64,000 bases of DNA, taken from Candidatus Latescibacterota bacterium. GTDB lineage: Bacteria > Latescibacterota > UBA2968 > UBA8231. The notes under the pieces are model-generated. The model was not told where the DNA came from, did no database searches, and worked only from the letters and a program-made list of their open reading frames with translations. The DNA lies in NCBI GenBank assembly GCA_965223905.1, contig CBDCXV010000001.1, positions 736,001 to 800,000 on the forward strand, written 5' to 3'. A program made the position numbers and the translations under genes. Position 1 is the first letter of the stretch, and each line of letters begins with the position of its first letter. Below, piece after piece: positions 18,570-28,885 of this stretch.

Positions 18570-19649
18570 ATGGCCCGGGATTGGCTCCTTTTCGTCGGCA
18601 CCTACACCCACGACACCGACAGCAAGGGGATCTACACCTACCGCTTCGACGAGGAGAGCGGCGCCGTCGAGGCCACCGGCGAGGTCGCCGAGGTGGCCAA
18701 TCCCTCTTTCCTGGCGCTCGACCCGGAGTACCGCTGCCTCTACGCGATCGCCGAAGTCAGCGAGTTCGAGGGCACCCCCGGCGGCGGGGCTCTCGCCTAT
18801 TCCATCGACCCCGCCTCCGGCGCCCTGACCCCGATCAACCACCAGTCCACCGTCGGCCCCGGCCCCTGCCACCTCGTCGTCGAGGCCAGCGGCCGCTACG
18901 TGCTCGCCGCCAACTACGGGGGCGGCAGCGTGGCGATGCTCCCGGTACGGGAGGACGGCGGTCTCGGCCCGGCCAGCGACTTCGTGCAGCACGAGGGCTC
19001 CAGCATCGACCCGGACCGGCAGCAGGAGCCGCACGCGCACTCGATCTTCAACGACCCGGGCAACGCCCACGCGTACGTCCCCGACCTCGGCATCGACAAG
19101 GTGCTCGTCTACGATCTCGACCTCGACGCCGGACGCCTGGTCCCCGGCGGCCACCACGGCGCCGTCCCCCCGGGGTCCGGGCCCCGGCATTTCGACTTCC
19201 ACCCCAACGGCAGGTTCGCCTACGCGATCAACGAGCTGTCGAACACCGTCACCGTCTACGACTACGATGCCGGCAGCGGCCGTATCGACGCGATCGAGAC
19301 GGTATCGACCCTGCCCCGGGACTTCGCCGGCACCAGCTACACCGCGGACATGCACGTCACCGCGTCCGGCCGCTTTCTCTACGGCTCCAACCGCGGCCAC
19401 GACAGTCTGGCCATGTTCGCCATCGACCAGGATAGCGGCCGGCTCGAGTTCATCGGAACCGAGCCGACCCAGGGCTCCAACCCGCGCAACTTCGCCATCG
19501 ACCCGACCGACCGCTTCGTCCTGGCCGCCAACCACTACGGCGACAACATCGTCACCTTCCGCATCGACCAGGAGTCGGGAAGGCTCGATCCGACCGGGGA
19601 TCCGGCCTATGCCCCGACCCCCGTCTGCCTGAAATTCATGCCGGTGTAG
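18570..19649 (+). CDS. pgl: 6-phosphogluconolactonase-family beta-propeller lactonase
   Basis: FVGTYT, NPSFLA, ANYGGGSV, PHAHS, PDLGID, GPRHF, SNRGHDS, NPRNF. Confidence 0.9.
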   Translation: MARDWLLFVGTYTHDTDSKGIYTYRFDEESGAVEATGEVAEVANPSFLALDPEYRCLYAIAEVSEFEGTPGGGALAYSIDPASGALTPINHQSTVGPGPCHLVVEASGRYVLAANYGGGSVAMLPVREDGGLGPASDFVQHEGSSIDPDRQQEPHAHSIFNDPGNAHAYVPDLGIDKVLVYDLDLDAGRLVPGGHHGAVPPGSGPRHFDFHPNGRFAYAINELSNTVTVYDYDAGSGRIDAIETVSTLPRDFAGTSYTADMHVTASGRFLYGSNRGHDSLAMFAIDQDSGRLEFIGTEPTQGSNPRNFAIDPTDRFVLAANHYGDNIVTFRIDQESGRLDPTGDPAYAPTPVCLKFMPV

Positions 19650-19674
19650 ACGACCCCGCTACAGGAGGCCGACC

Positions 19675-19998
19675 ATGGCACCCACCTATGACGAGTTGCA
19701 CGCCATGACCGTGGCGCAGTTGCGCAAGGTCGCCGACGACATCGAGGACGAGCGCCTGCAGGGCCACAACACCATGCACCAGGAGCCGTTGCTGAAGGCC
19801 CTGTGCGAGGTTCTCGGAATCGAGGCCCACGTCCATCACGAGGTCGTCGGCATCGACAAGACCGCCATCAAGAGGCAGATCAGGGCGCTCAAGGTCGAGC
19901 GGGACGCCGCCATGCAGGCCAGGGACAAGAAGAAGCTGAAGGAAGTGCGCAAGAAGATTCATCGACTCAAGCACAGGATTCACAAGGCCACCGTCTGA
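19675..19998 (+). CDS. Conserved hypothetical protein: Rho-N-like helix-extension-helix plus basic coiled coil
   Basis: LHAMTVAQLRKVA motif; Lys-rich C-terminal helix; RBS AGGAGG. Confidence 0.75.
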   Translation: MAPTYDELHAMTVAQLRKVADDIEDERLQGHNTMHQEPLLKALCEVLGIEAHVHHEVVGIDKTAIKRQIRALKVERDAAMQARDKKKLKEVRKKIHRLKHRIHKATV

Positions 19999-20033
19999 TC
20001 CGCCGCAAGCGGACGTATCGAGGAGAGCGACCT

Positions 20034-20819
20034 ATCAGACCGAACAAGCTCCGCCAGCTGCTCAACGAGGACAAACCTACCCTCGGCACCCACATCCACT
20101 CGACCTGGCCGTCGATCGTCGAGGCGGTCGGCCACGCCGGTCATTACGACTACGTCGAATTCGTCGCCGAGTACGGCCCCTTCGATCTCTACGCCTTCGA
20201 CGATCTCGCCCGCGCCGCCGAGCTCCACGGCCTCGACAGCATGGTCAAGGTCGACCAGGAGCCGCGTGGATTCATCGCCCAGCGAGCCATCGGCTCCGGG
20301 TTCGGATCGGTGCTGTTCGCCGACTGCCAGAACACCGACGACATCAGGGAGTGCGTGAAGATCGCGCGCCCCGACACCCCGGAGGACAAGGGCAGCTACG
20401 GGGTCGCCACCCGGCGCTTCTCCTACATGGGGTACGGCGGCGGCCCCGAATACGTCGAGGCGCTGCGGCAGATCGTCGTCGTCATCATGATCGAGAAGGC
20501 CGGCACCGTCGCCAACCTCGAGGAGGCGCTCTCCGTGGAAGGGGTCGACATGATCCAGTGGGGCGGCGGGGACTACTCGATGAGCGTCGGCAAGGCGGGG
20601 GAGCGGGGCTCGCCGGAGATCATGGCGACCGAGAAGAGGGTGTTCGAGACCGCGCTGCAGATGGGGGTGCCGCCGCGCGCCGAGGTCAACAGCATCGACG
20701 ACGCCAGGTACTACCTCGACATGGGCGTCAAGCACTTCTGCATCGGCACCGACATCGCCATCCTCCACGACTGGTGGACGAAGAACGGCGACGACTTCCG
20801 CAAGGCCATCGGAAGCTGA
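20034..20819 (+). CDS. HpcH/HpaI aldolase family protein (apparent ATC start)
   Basis: RPNKLRQLL, DYVEFVAEY, IMIEK, GVDMIQWGGGDYSMS, IGTD; RBS GAGGAG immediately upstream of ATC. Confidence 0.85.
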   Translation: MRPNKLRQLLNEDKPTLGTHIHSTWPSIVEAVGHAGHYDYVEFVAEYGPFDLYAFDDLARAAELHGLDSMVKVDQEPRGFIAQRAIGSGFGSVLFADCQNTDDIRECVKIARPDTPEDKGSYGVATRRFSYMGYGGGPEYVEALRQIVVVIMIEKAGTVANLEEALSVEGVDMIQWGGGDYSMSVGKAGERGSPEIMATEKRVFETALQMGVPPRAEVNSIDDARYYLDMGVKHFCIGTDIAILHDWWTKNGDDFRKAIGS

Positions 20820-20835
20820 GCATCGTTTCAACGCA

Positions 20836-20866
20836 CCGGGGCGGCTTCTGAAGGGGGCCGCCCCGG
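20836..20866. terminator. Hairpin between convergent genes (possible bidirectional terminator)
   Basis: CCGGGGCGGC ... GCCGCCCCGG 10-bp perfect stem; no clear U-tract. Confidence 0.45.
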
Positions 20867-20926
20867 ACTCCGGGAACCTTCCACCGCCCCCCCCGGTCCA
20901 AGCAGCACTCCCGCCTCATCCCCTTC

Positions 20927-21598
20927 TCAGTCCAGCAGCTCGATCCTCTCCGAGGCGCCGTCTCTCAGCACGCAGAGCAGCAACTCCCCCGAGCCGACCA
21001 CGATTTCCACCGGGTCGGAGACCACCTCGTTCGAGATGCCGCCGCGTTCCCCGGGAACCAGGTCCTCCCCCTGCAGCGGCCACTTCAGCCCGGAGGTCGA
21101 GACTAGATTGGCCGGGCCGTCGAGCGGGCACAGCGAAATTTTCTGGCCCGCGCGCGCCCGGAAACGGATGCGCGATCCGACCCTGCGCAGCTCGCAGTAG
21201 TCGTCGACGAAACGCAGTTCCATCTTTTCTCCATACCGCTTGAGCAGACTGAGGTTCCAGAGCGTGTGATCGGTGCGGCGGCCGGTGAACCCGAGCAGCG
21301 CCGCGGACTTCACGCCCAGGGCCCGGGCATGCTCGAGCACCTTCTGCAGATCCGTGGTCTCCTGCTCGGCGACGGCGATCACCCGCCCTACCGGGAGCGC
21401 CGCACGCGCTGCAGGGCTGACCGAATCGAGGTCCCCCACCAGGAAATCCGGCTCGAAGCCGGCCTTCAAAACGGCGTCGGCGCCGCTGTCGGCGCACAGC
21501 AGCCGCGGCCGCGGCCGCCTGTCCATCTCCGCCTCGAGCAGCGCCCGGGAAGGGGGCTCGCCCCCTCCGACGATGACGGCGTGGGCTGCCTCAGGCAT
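20927..21598 (-). CDS. thiN: Thiamine diphosphokinase
   Basis: CADSGAD, PDFLVGDLDS, QETTDLQK, GRRTDHTLWN, GLKWPL, GISN motifs. Confidence 0.92.
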   Translation of the reverse strand: MPEAAHAVIVGGGEPPSRALLEAEMDRRPRPRLLCADSGADAVLKAGFEPDFLVGDLDSVSPAARAALPVGRVIAVAEQETTDLQKVLEHARALGVKSAALLGFTGRRTDHTLWNLSLLKRYGEKMELRFVDDYCELRRVGSRIRFRARAGQKISLCPLDGPANLVSTSGLKWPLQGEDLVPGERGGISNEVVSDPVEIVVGSGELLLCVLRDGASERIELLD

Positions 21599-21834
21599 GG
21601 GGTTTCCCGCCAAGCGGGGGAAAGCACCGGTCCCGTCTCTGGACCCCGGGGTACCAGCGCCGGGGGATCCCGGCGTGGATCCGCGGCCTGCCGTTCTTCG
21701 CAACGGCCGCCCGGGGGCTTGCGGTCCGTCTGGAGGGGAGCTGCCGAAGCTGCCTCTCGTCGTGGGACGTATCCCACCGCTGCCGGCTGGCCGCGGGCCG
21801 GCTGGCGTCGTGACGACGGCAGAATCCCTTCGAT

Positions 21835-24204
21835 TTATTGGAGGACACTCGTCTTCAGGGTGACACCGAACTGCATCGGGTCGCCGTAGCTGAGGTAGAG
21901 GGTGTCTTCGTAGTCGGGCGGCTCCAGCCCGAAATAGAAGCCGCGCACCGCGTAGCGCTGATCGAGGAGATTGCGTCCCCACAGGGAGAGGCTCCAGGAT
22001 CCCGACGCGTACTCGAGGCTGCCGTTTAGGAGCTGGTACGGCTCCGACTTCTGCTCGTGGCTGTCGGAAAAGAAGAACTCGCTCATAGCCGACAGCTCGA
22101 GCCGTCCCCTAAGGCCGGAGCGGTGGCGGTAGTCGCCGCCGAGGCGCCAGGTCCGCGCCGGGGCATGGGCCGCGGCCCGGTCGCCCAGCGTCACCTCCCC
22201 GTCTTCGGTCGGGAAGGTGTACTCGTCGACGTGGGTGCCGAGCAGGCCCAGGGAGCCGCTCAGCCGCAGCGACGGCGTCACCCGGAGGCTGTGCTCCAGC
22301 TCGAGGCCGCTGTTGCGCCCGGAGACGGCGTTGGCGGTGAAGTAGAAGAAGCTGTTGGGGTCTCCCGGATCCTGCTGGCTCGACAGCTCGACCTGCTGGT
22401 CGGACCGCAGGGCGTGGAAGAAGGTCAGGGCCGTGGTCGCGCGCGTTCCCGAGGCGCGGTACCCCAGCTCCCAGTTGAGCAGGTACTCCGGATCGAAGGG
22501 GCGGCTGGAGGGGGCCAGCCGCGGGTGCTGGTTGACCCCGCCGGCGCGGAACCCCCGCGAGACCGCGGCGTACAGGTTGCGGTTCGGCGCCAGGGTGTAC
22601 GTCAGCGCCAGCTTGCCCCCGGGCAGCCACTGGGTGACCTCGAACTCCACCTGCTCGGCACCGGAGTTGGTGGTCCCCTCGTACGAGGTGGCGTTGCGGT
22701 CGACGCGGGCGTTGAGCGCCAGCCCCCAACCGCGGGAAAGCTCGCCGCCGTACTGGCCGTAGAAGGCGAGGTCGGCGATGTCGAAACGGCTCTGCAGGTC
22801 GGTGGCGTCGCCGCCGAACAGGTAGCCGCCGGCATCGTCGTTCTCCCGCAGGGACTTCAGGTAGGCGCCGGCGACGAGGTCGCCGCTTCCGTCGCGGTCC
22901 TCCTTCAGCAGCCTGACCTCCTGCGTGAAGGTGGTGCGGTCCCGGAGGTTGCGGTCGAAGAAGTCGTAGCTCCATCCCTGCTCGTCCGGGTCGAAGCCGT
23001 ACGGCTCCTGCTTCCAGAACTCGTCGTTGCCCCAGTCGCCGTCGTAGCTGTGCTCGACCTCGGTCCGCCCATATGAGGTGATCGAAACCAGCTCGGTGCC
23101 GGCCGCCGGCAACGGCAGCCTGCCGCGCAGGGAAAGGGCGCTGGTCGTCTGGCTGTCCCTGCCGGGATTGTCGGAGTAGGTGACCAGGTCTTCGTTGTTG
23201 TCGGGCACCCAGACGTCGTAGCCGTTGTCGAGGTCGGCGCGAAAAACCGTGGCGACCAGGGCCGCCCCGGCGTCGTTCTCGTAGCGGAGCTTCGCCCGCG
23301 CCAGGGTTTCCCGGCGGCGGTTCGAATCGTCGATTCCAAGGTGCCGGTTCTCCCGGAAGCCGTTGGACCGTCCCCAGCTGCCCGTGATCCGCAGGGCCAG
23401 CTCCTCCCCGGCCGGGACGTTGAAGGTCGGGGAGATGCGCAGCAGGCCGTCGCCGCCGGCCGTGACGGCTCCCCCCAGGCTCCTGGACCGGGTGGGATCG
23501 GCCGACCTCAGGCTGATCAGCCCGGCCATCGCGTTCGGCCCGAAGATCGTCGACTGGGGCCCCTTGAAGACCTCGGCCTGATCGAGGTCGTGCAGCATCC
23601 CGGCCATGCCGAGGCCGCTCAGGTCGACGTCGTCCATCACGAAGCCGACCGAAAAGCTGGGCGGCCCTTCCCCGGCGTAGTGGCTGCGCTCGCCCATGCC
23701 GCGAATCTGGAAATAGCGGGGCCGCGATGTTCCGCCGGCCCAGTTGAGATTGGGAACGGCGGCAATCAGCTCTTGCAGGTGAGCCCCGCCGGTGGCCTCC
23801 ATGCGGGCCCGGTCGAGTACCGTCACCGCGGAGGAAACCTCGCCGAGCGCCTGTTCCGTGAGCCCACCCGTGACGACCGTTTCCGGTACCGGCAGGGCCA
23901 CCGGGAGCAGCCGTACGGTGATCGGACCCGGGGCTCCCGGCAGCGCGCGAACGACCGCGGGCTCGTACCCGACGTGGCTGACCGCAGCCGAGTCCCCCGC
24001 TGCCAGCCGCAGCTCGAAGCGGCCGTCTGCGTCCGTGGTGACGGCGAGATCTCTGGTGGTGAGGTTGGCGCCCGCGAGGGGCTCGCCGGTCGCCGCGTCT
24101 ACGACCGTGCCGCGCACGGTGTCCGGCGCAGCGTCAGCAGTGGCCGCGGCGATCAGGAGGGCGACCAGGGCCGGAAGGGCGCGGAACAGACTCGGGTTGC
24201 GCAT
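21835..24204 (-). CDS. TonB-dependent receptor, probable thiamine transporter (carboxypeptidase-regulatory-like N-domain + plug + barrel)
   Basis: Signal peptide, VPNLNWAGGTSRPRYFQIRG, EVFKGPQSTIFG, barrel end; TPP riboswitch upstream and thiN downstream. Confidence 0.9.
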   Translation of the reverse strand: MRNPSLFRALPALVALLIAAATADAAPDTVRGTVVDAATGEPLAGANLTTRDLAVTTDADGRFELRLAAGDSAAVSHVGYEPAVVRALPGAPGPITVRLLPVALPVPETVVTGGLTEQALGEVSSAVTVLDRARMEATGGAHLQELIAAVPNLNWAGGTSRPRYFQIRGMGERSHYAGEGPPSFSVGFVMDDVDLSGLGMAGMLHDLDQAEVFKGPQSTIFGPNAMAGLISLRSADPTRSRSLGGAVTAGGDGLLRISPTFNVPAGEELALRITGSWGRSNGFRENRHLGIDDSNRRRETLARAKLRYENDAGAALVATVFRADLDNGYDVWVPDNNEDLVTYSDNPGRDSQTTSALSLRGRLPLPAAGTELVSITSYGRTEVEHSYDGDWGNDEFWKQEPYGFDPDEQGWSYDFFDRNLRDRTTFTQEVRLLKEDRDGSGDLVAGAYLKSLRENDDAGGYLFGGDATDLQSRFDIADLAFYGQYGGELSRGWGLALNARVDRNATSYEGTTNSGAEQVEFEVTQWLPGGKLALTYTLAPNRNLYAAVSRGFRAGGVNQHPRLAPSSRPFDPEYLLNWELGYRASGTRATTALTFFHALRSDQQVELSSQQDPGDPNSFFYFTANAVSGRNSGLELEHSLRVTPSLRLSGSLGLLGTHVDEYTFPTEDGEVTLGDRAAAHAPARTWRLGGDYRHRSGLRGRLELSAMSEFFFSDSHEQKSEPYQLLNGSLEYASGSWSLSLWGRNLLDQRYAVRGFYFGLEPPDYEDTLYLSYGDPMQFGVTLKTSVLQ

Positions 24205-24258
24205 AAGAAAAGCCGCTTTCTCCAGGTACGGGGAAAACGGCCATTTTCGGGCGCTCTT

Positions 24259-24340
24259 CCGCTTTCCCTACGCTGGCATGATCCAGGTCAGGTTCGAAGG
24301 GTTTCTGATCTCAGGCCGGATGACCGGCCACCCCCAACGG
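24259..24340 (-). ncRNA. TPP riboswitch (THI element)
   Basis: Minus strand GGGGGTG...CTGAGA...ACCC...AACCTGACCTGGATCATGCCAGCGTAGGGAA matches TPP aptamer consensus. Confidence 0.95.
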
Positions 24341-24439
24341 ATGTTGTCTCCAAGGTAGGGGACCGGGCAGCAGGAGGCAACGGGCGGTATCTTCGAGCAG
24401 AGAGGATAATGAAGATCACCCCAGCAGAGAGAAATACCG

Positions 24440-25210
24440 ATGCTCCTTGCAGATCGAGTTCGCCATCGTCACCGGCGGCGGCCGGGGGATCGGCCGCCGC
24501 ATCGCAACACGGTTCGCCCGTGAAGGAGCCGCCATCGTCGTCGCCGAGATCGACGGCGACACCGGTCCGTCGACCCGTCAGCTGATCGAGGACGAGGGCG
24601 GACGGGCACTTTTCGTGCGCACCGATGTGTCCTCCGCCGACTCGGTGGCGGGACTCGTCGAAGCCGGCGGCAGCGAGTTCGGCCGTATCGACGTGCTGGT
24701 CAACAACGGCGCCGCTACCGGTCACCGGGGCGGGTTCCTCGACGTGGACCTGGCCACCTGGAACCGGATCACCGCGGTGAATCACACCGGACTGTTCCTC
24801 ACCTGCCAGGCGGTGGCCCGCGCCATGGCCGAGGGTGGAGGCGGCAGCATCGTCAACATCTCGTCCGTGAACGGCGTCATCCCCAGAGGCGGAACTTCAC
24901 CTACGGCGCCACCAAGGCTTCCATGCTGAACCTGACGCGCGGGATGGCGGTAGAGCTGACCCACCTCGGCATCCGGGTGAACGCGATCTGCCCGGGATCG
25001 ATCCAGTCTCACCTGCCTCCGGACGAGGAACCGGCGCCGGTGGCCATGGCCCTGATGGGCCGCAACGGACGCCCGGAAGAGATCGCCAGCGTGGCCGCCT
25101 TCCTGGCTTCCGACGAGTCCAGCTACATGACCGGCCAAGTCCTGGTCGTCGACGGCGGCGCCCTGGTCAACAGCTACAACATCTACCAGGAGCCGCGGTT
25201 GGACGCCTGA
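24440..25210 (+). pseudogene. SDR family oxidoreductase interrupted by two single-base frameshifts (pseudogene or sequencing error)
   Basis: MLLADRV|AIVTGGGRGIG (+1 near 24459); VNISSVNG then YGATK in another frame (-1 in CCCC 24881-24884); GIRVNAICPG, YMTGQVLVVDGG. Confidence 0.82.
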
Positions 25211-25384
25211 AGCGGCCGTTGAAGGCCATGCGCCAGGTTCTGGGACCGGAGACCACGGCCTCGCGGTCCGTGTCGGTCCTGCCGCCGAGGCAAGCGGCCA
25301 GCGACGGCAGTCGAGTTCGGGGCCCGGCGTCAGGCCCTCCCATTCGAGGAAGCCGGCCGTCGGCCGAGGGTCGGCGGCGGCACC

Positions 25385-27101
25385 TCACTCCGTAGTTCCG
25401 ATGGCGCGGCGCGCCCGCTGGGTCATCTCCTCCGGGCTCCACTTCGGCTCGCGCACCAGCCGGACGTCGACGGCGCCCACCTCGCGAAGGCGGGCCCGGA
25501 TCGCCTTCTCCGCCTCGTCGGCGAACCACCCGAACCACGTCTCCCGGCCGGCGTATGGCATGACGAAGTCGAGACGGATGTCGTTGCCGTGTATGGAGAC
25601 GCCGCGCACGACACCGATGTCGACGAAACTCAGCTGCTTGGCGCCCCAGGGCGAGCCGCGCACGTACAGTTCGAATTCGTTCGTAGCCCGCAGGGCGTCC
25701 ATGACGTTCGCCACGCTCACGACCTTGGGCAGCGGCGTCGCCTCGGCCTGCTCGAGCGGCTGCAGGAGCCGCTCCTGGTGTCCCACGAGGTCGGCGAAGC
25801 CTTTGTGAGGGCCCCCCTCCTCGAACCGGTGCAGCACGTAGGCGTTGCGTTCGTGGACGCGGTCTCCGGCACGCATCGCCGCGTGAAGCACGGGGTACCG
25901 GACCCAGATGCCGCGGCCGCCGATGCTCACCGTCGCCGGCTGGTCCCAATCGGGGTTCGTGTTCTCGAAGGCCAGGTGGACGCTGCCGAACCCCTCCCCC
26001 GTTGCCCGGCTGAAGTAGGTCATCCACCGCGGATCCTGGTTCCCCCACCCCCGCGGCCCAAACCGATGTCGCCGTCGGGACCATCCAGGCCATCTCCGCA
26101 GGTCGCCGCCGAGGACGAACTCGTCGTTGCGGCAGTCGCGGAAGCGCGCGTCTTCAAGGACCTCGAGCGTCGACTCCATGACGAAGTAGGGCTGGCCGGC
26201 CCAGAAGGTGTAGATCACGCTGGCGCTGACCTTGTGCGGGCGTCCGACCTCGGGTCCCAGCGACAGGATCGGGTGTCCCCGGCGCCGCACCCGTACGCAG
26301 ATCGGTCCGCGGACGACGCCGTAGTCGAACAGCGGCGGACCGTCCCAGCTCGTGAGACGGTAGCGGCCGACGCGTTCGTCGCTCCAGTCGGGGCCCCAGT
26401 GGATCGTACCCTCCACCCCGTGGCCGCCCGCCATCGGCGGCCCGGCACCGACGAAAGCGGCCTGCCCGCCTTTCGGAACAGGCTCTTCAGGTTGCCGTTG
26501 CTGGGCGCCAGCTGCGCGCGGAAGTAGCGGTTGTCGACCGACAGCCCGTACCCGTCCCCGGTCGCCGACAGATCCGTGTCGTACGCAGGCGCCGCTGCCG
26601 CGGCGTTGCCGTACAGGACGAGATAGGTCTGGTCGCCCCGGGCGGGCACGTTGGCGAGGAAGAACAGCCGGGCACGCCGCACGCCATCCTCCGGGACGAC
26701 GCAGCAGATCTGGCTGGGCACCTCGACGGGACCCTCCTGGCCGAGGCGGGCGACCCGCACCTCGCGGGCGGGGTCGGCGACCTGGTCGTCGTGGACGACG
26801 ACCTCCACCTCGACGGGCTCGGCCCGCCGCGGCCGCTCGGAGGTGTTCGTCAGTTTCAGGCGCTTGACGAAGGTCCAGGCTCCAGCCCAGGACTCGGCAA
26901 CCGCCGGCAGGTCGGCCACGTGATCCCAGTCGTGGACCGGCAGGCGGAGCGGGGCTCAGCCGCAGGGGCGGGAACCTGGGCCAACGCCCTGCCAAGCATC
27001 AGGCCGAGGGCTGAAAGGATCAGCCAGTTCAGGCGGACCCAGCCTCGTTGCGGGGTGCAGGACGCCCCCCGAACACGGGTAGCGGTATTCGACGCGATCA
27101 T
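25385..27101 (-). pseudogene. Secreted hypothetical protein with C-terminal DUF59/PaaD-like (FeS_assembly_P) domain, multiple frameshifts
   Basis: Pieces in ORFs 26856-27101, 26215-26919 and 25385-26995 join by single-base indels in homopolymers (~26951, ~26475, 26060-26100); C-term VMDALR...SFVDIGVV...PKWSPEEMTQRARRAIG. Confidence 0.65.
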
Positions 27102-27122
27102 CCGGTTCTCAGGACGCTCCTC

Positions 27123-28589
27123 TCAGGGACGGTTCGCCGACCGGTAGTTGAGCAGCGCCGCGCGGCGCTGTCCCGGGCCGGTCCACGGCAGCGCGCCGTG
27201 GGTCTGGGCTGCGCCCATGAACAGCACCACGTCCCCGGCGCTGCAGGTCAGGTGACGGACCAGCCCCAGATCGTCCGTGCACAGCTCGACGCCCCGCGGC
27301 AGGGGGTAACGGGCCTTGTGGCTGCCGGGCACGTACACGAACCCGCCCTCCCCTCGCCCACATCGCCGAGCTGCCAGGCGACGTTGACGGACTCGCACTG
27401 GGTGCGCCCGTTCTGGAAAGCGTAATGGTTGCGGCTGCGGGCCGGCTCGCCGCCGCCGTGCAGGTACAGCCCCGATGAACCCGGTTCGTAGCACATGGCT
27501 CGCGCCGGGCCGAGGCGGAAACCACTGCCCATCATCCAGTTCAGCCGCTGCACGACTGCGGGATGGGCGATCATGGCGCGGAAGGGCTCACAGTGGGGGG
27601 GCGGCAGCTCGAACAGGCCGGACAGCGAGGCCAGGGGAGTTCCCGTCAGCCGCTGCGATTCCCGGTGAGGCGCCCCACCCTGATGCACGCGGTCGGCGCA
27701 GGCATCGAGGGCCTCGTTCGCCTCCCGCAGCCACGCCGGGTCCATCACTCCGGGCAGCATCAGGTGACCGCACAGGTCCCAGTGGTAGAACTCGGCCTCG
27801 TCGATGCCGGAGTCGGGGTTGCGGCCGTAGATCGTGGGGTGGAAAGGGCCGTCCATTTCGTCGTGGCTGCAGGCCCGCCCGTCGGAGCGCACCGTCGGCG
27901 CCGGCCCGCCCGTCGAGGGGGTCGCGATGGCCCTGGCGCTGGGAGGCAGATCCCGCACCCAGGCAGGGGGCGGCTGCTCGTCCGGCTGCGGCAGGCTGCG
28001 CCGCGCCTCGGCGGCGACGAAGCGGCAGGCAAGCAGGGGCCTGGCCTCTCCGCGCCAGGGGCGCATCCCGTGCAGCGTCGAGGCGGCGCACAGCAGCAGG
28101 TCCCCGGCGGCGAGTGCCGGCTGTACCCACAGACCCATGTCGCGGCTGCCGTCGCGCACGCCTGCGGGAGTCTCGACGTTGCTCCTGTGGCTGGCCGCCA
28201 CGAGGTGGAAGCCCCCGGCTTTCCCGGGCACGTCGGACAGGGCCCAGACGGCGAGCAGCCCCTGGCACAGCTGCACGTCGTTCTGCTGCAGGTAGCCGCG
28301 GGCCCAGTGCTGCGGCTCGTTGCCGCCCTGAACCGCCGACGGGAACCCCGCGGCCGGCGCCTCCAGGGGCTGCGCCGGCTGATCGAGGAAGGCCTCGTCG
28401 CCGCAGAGCTCGTGTACGTAGGCGGCCAGCACGGGACGCTCGTCGAGTTCCGGCCAGTCGAGGGAGGCGGCCTGCGCCCCGGCCTCCTGGAGGCGCTCGC
28501 GACAGGCGGCGGCCTCATCGGGGAACAGGGCTCCCTTCACGACCAGGTACCCGGCCACGTCCAGCCTGGTAGTGCTCTTCGAGCTTCAT
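27123..28589 (-). pseudogene. Tandem double-domain PhyH-family dioxygenase, two frameshifts
   Basis: MKLEEHYQ|LDVAGYLVV (+1 near 28565); GGFHLVAASH...AGDLLL...HG; second domain YHWDLCGHL...LHGG...|GGFVYVPGSHK (-1 near 27350)...AGDVVLF...THG. Confidence 0.78.
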
Positions 28590-28885
28590 CGCAGGCGTTG
28601 CTGGATGCGGCCGACGTCGTCGGTCGTCCAGGTGATGTCGAGGCATCGGCATCCGGCCTGCAGGCTGTGCAGGCGATGCTGCCGATACAGCGAGATGATT
28701 TTGCGCGTGACTTCGGCCTGTGTTTCACTGTACCAGGGTTATTGGAGAAGAGAAAGCCTGCACCCTGTTTTTCCGGGAGTTGCCACAAGGAACGGCCGTG
28801 AGGATCAGCAGCTTGTGCCGGCCTCGGTTCCTCCGAAGATCGGGGATATCGGCCGGGCAACCAATCCCTCACGAGGAGAACGTGA

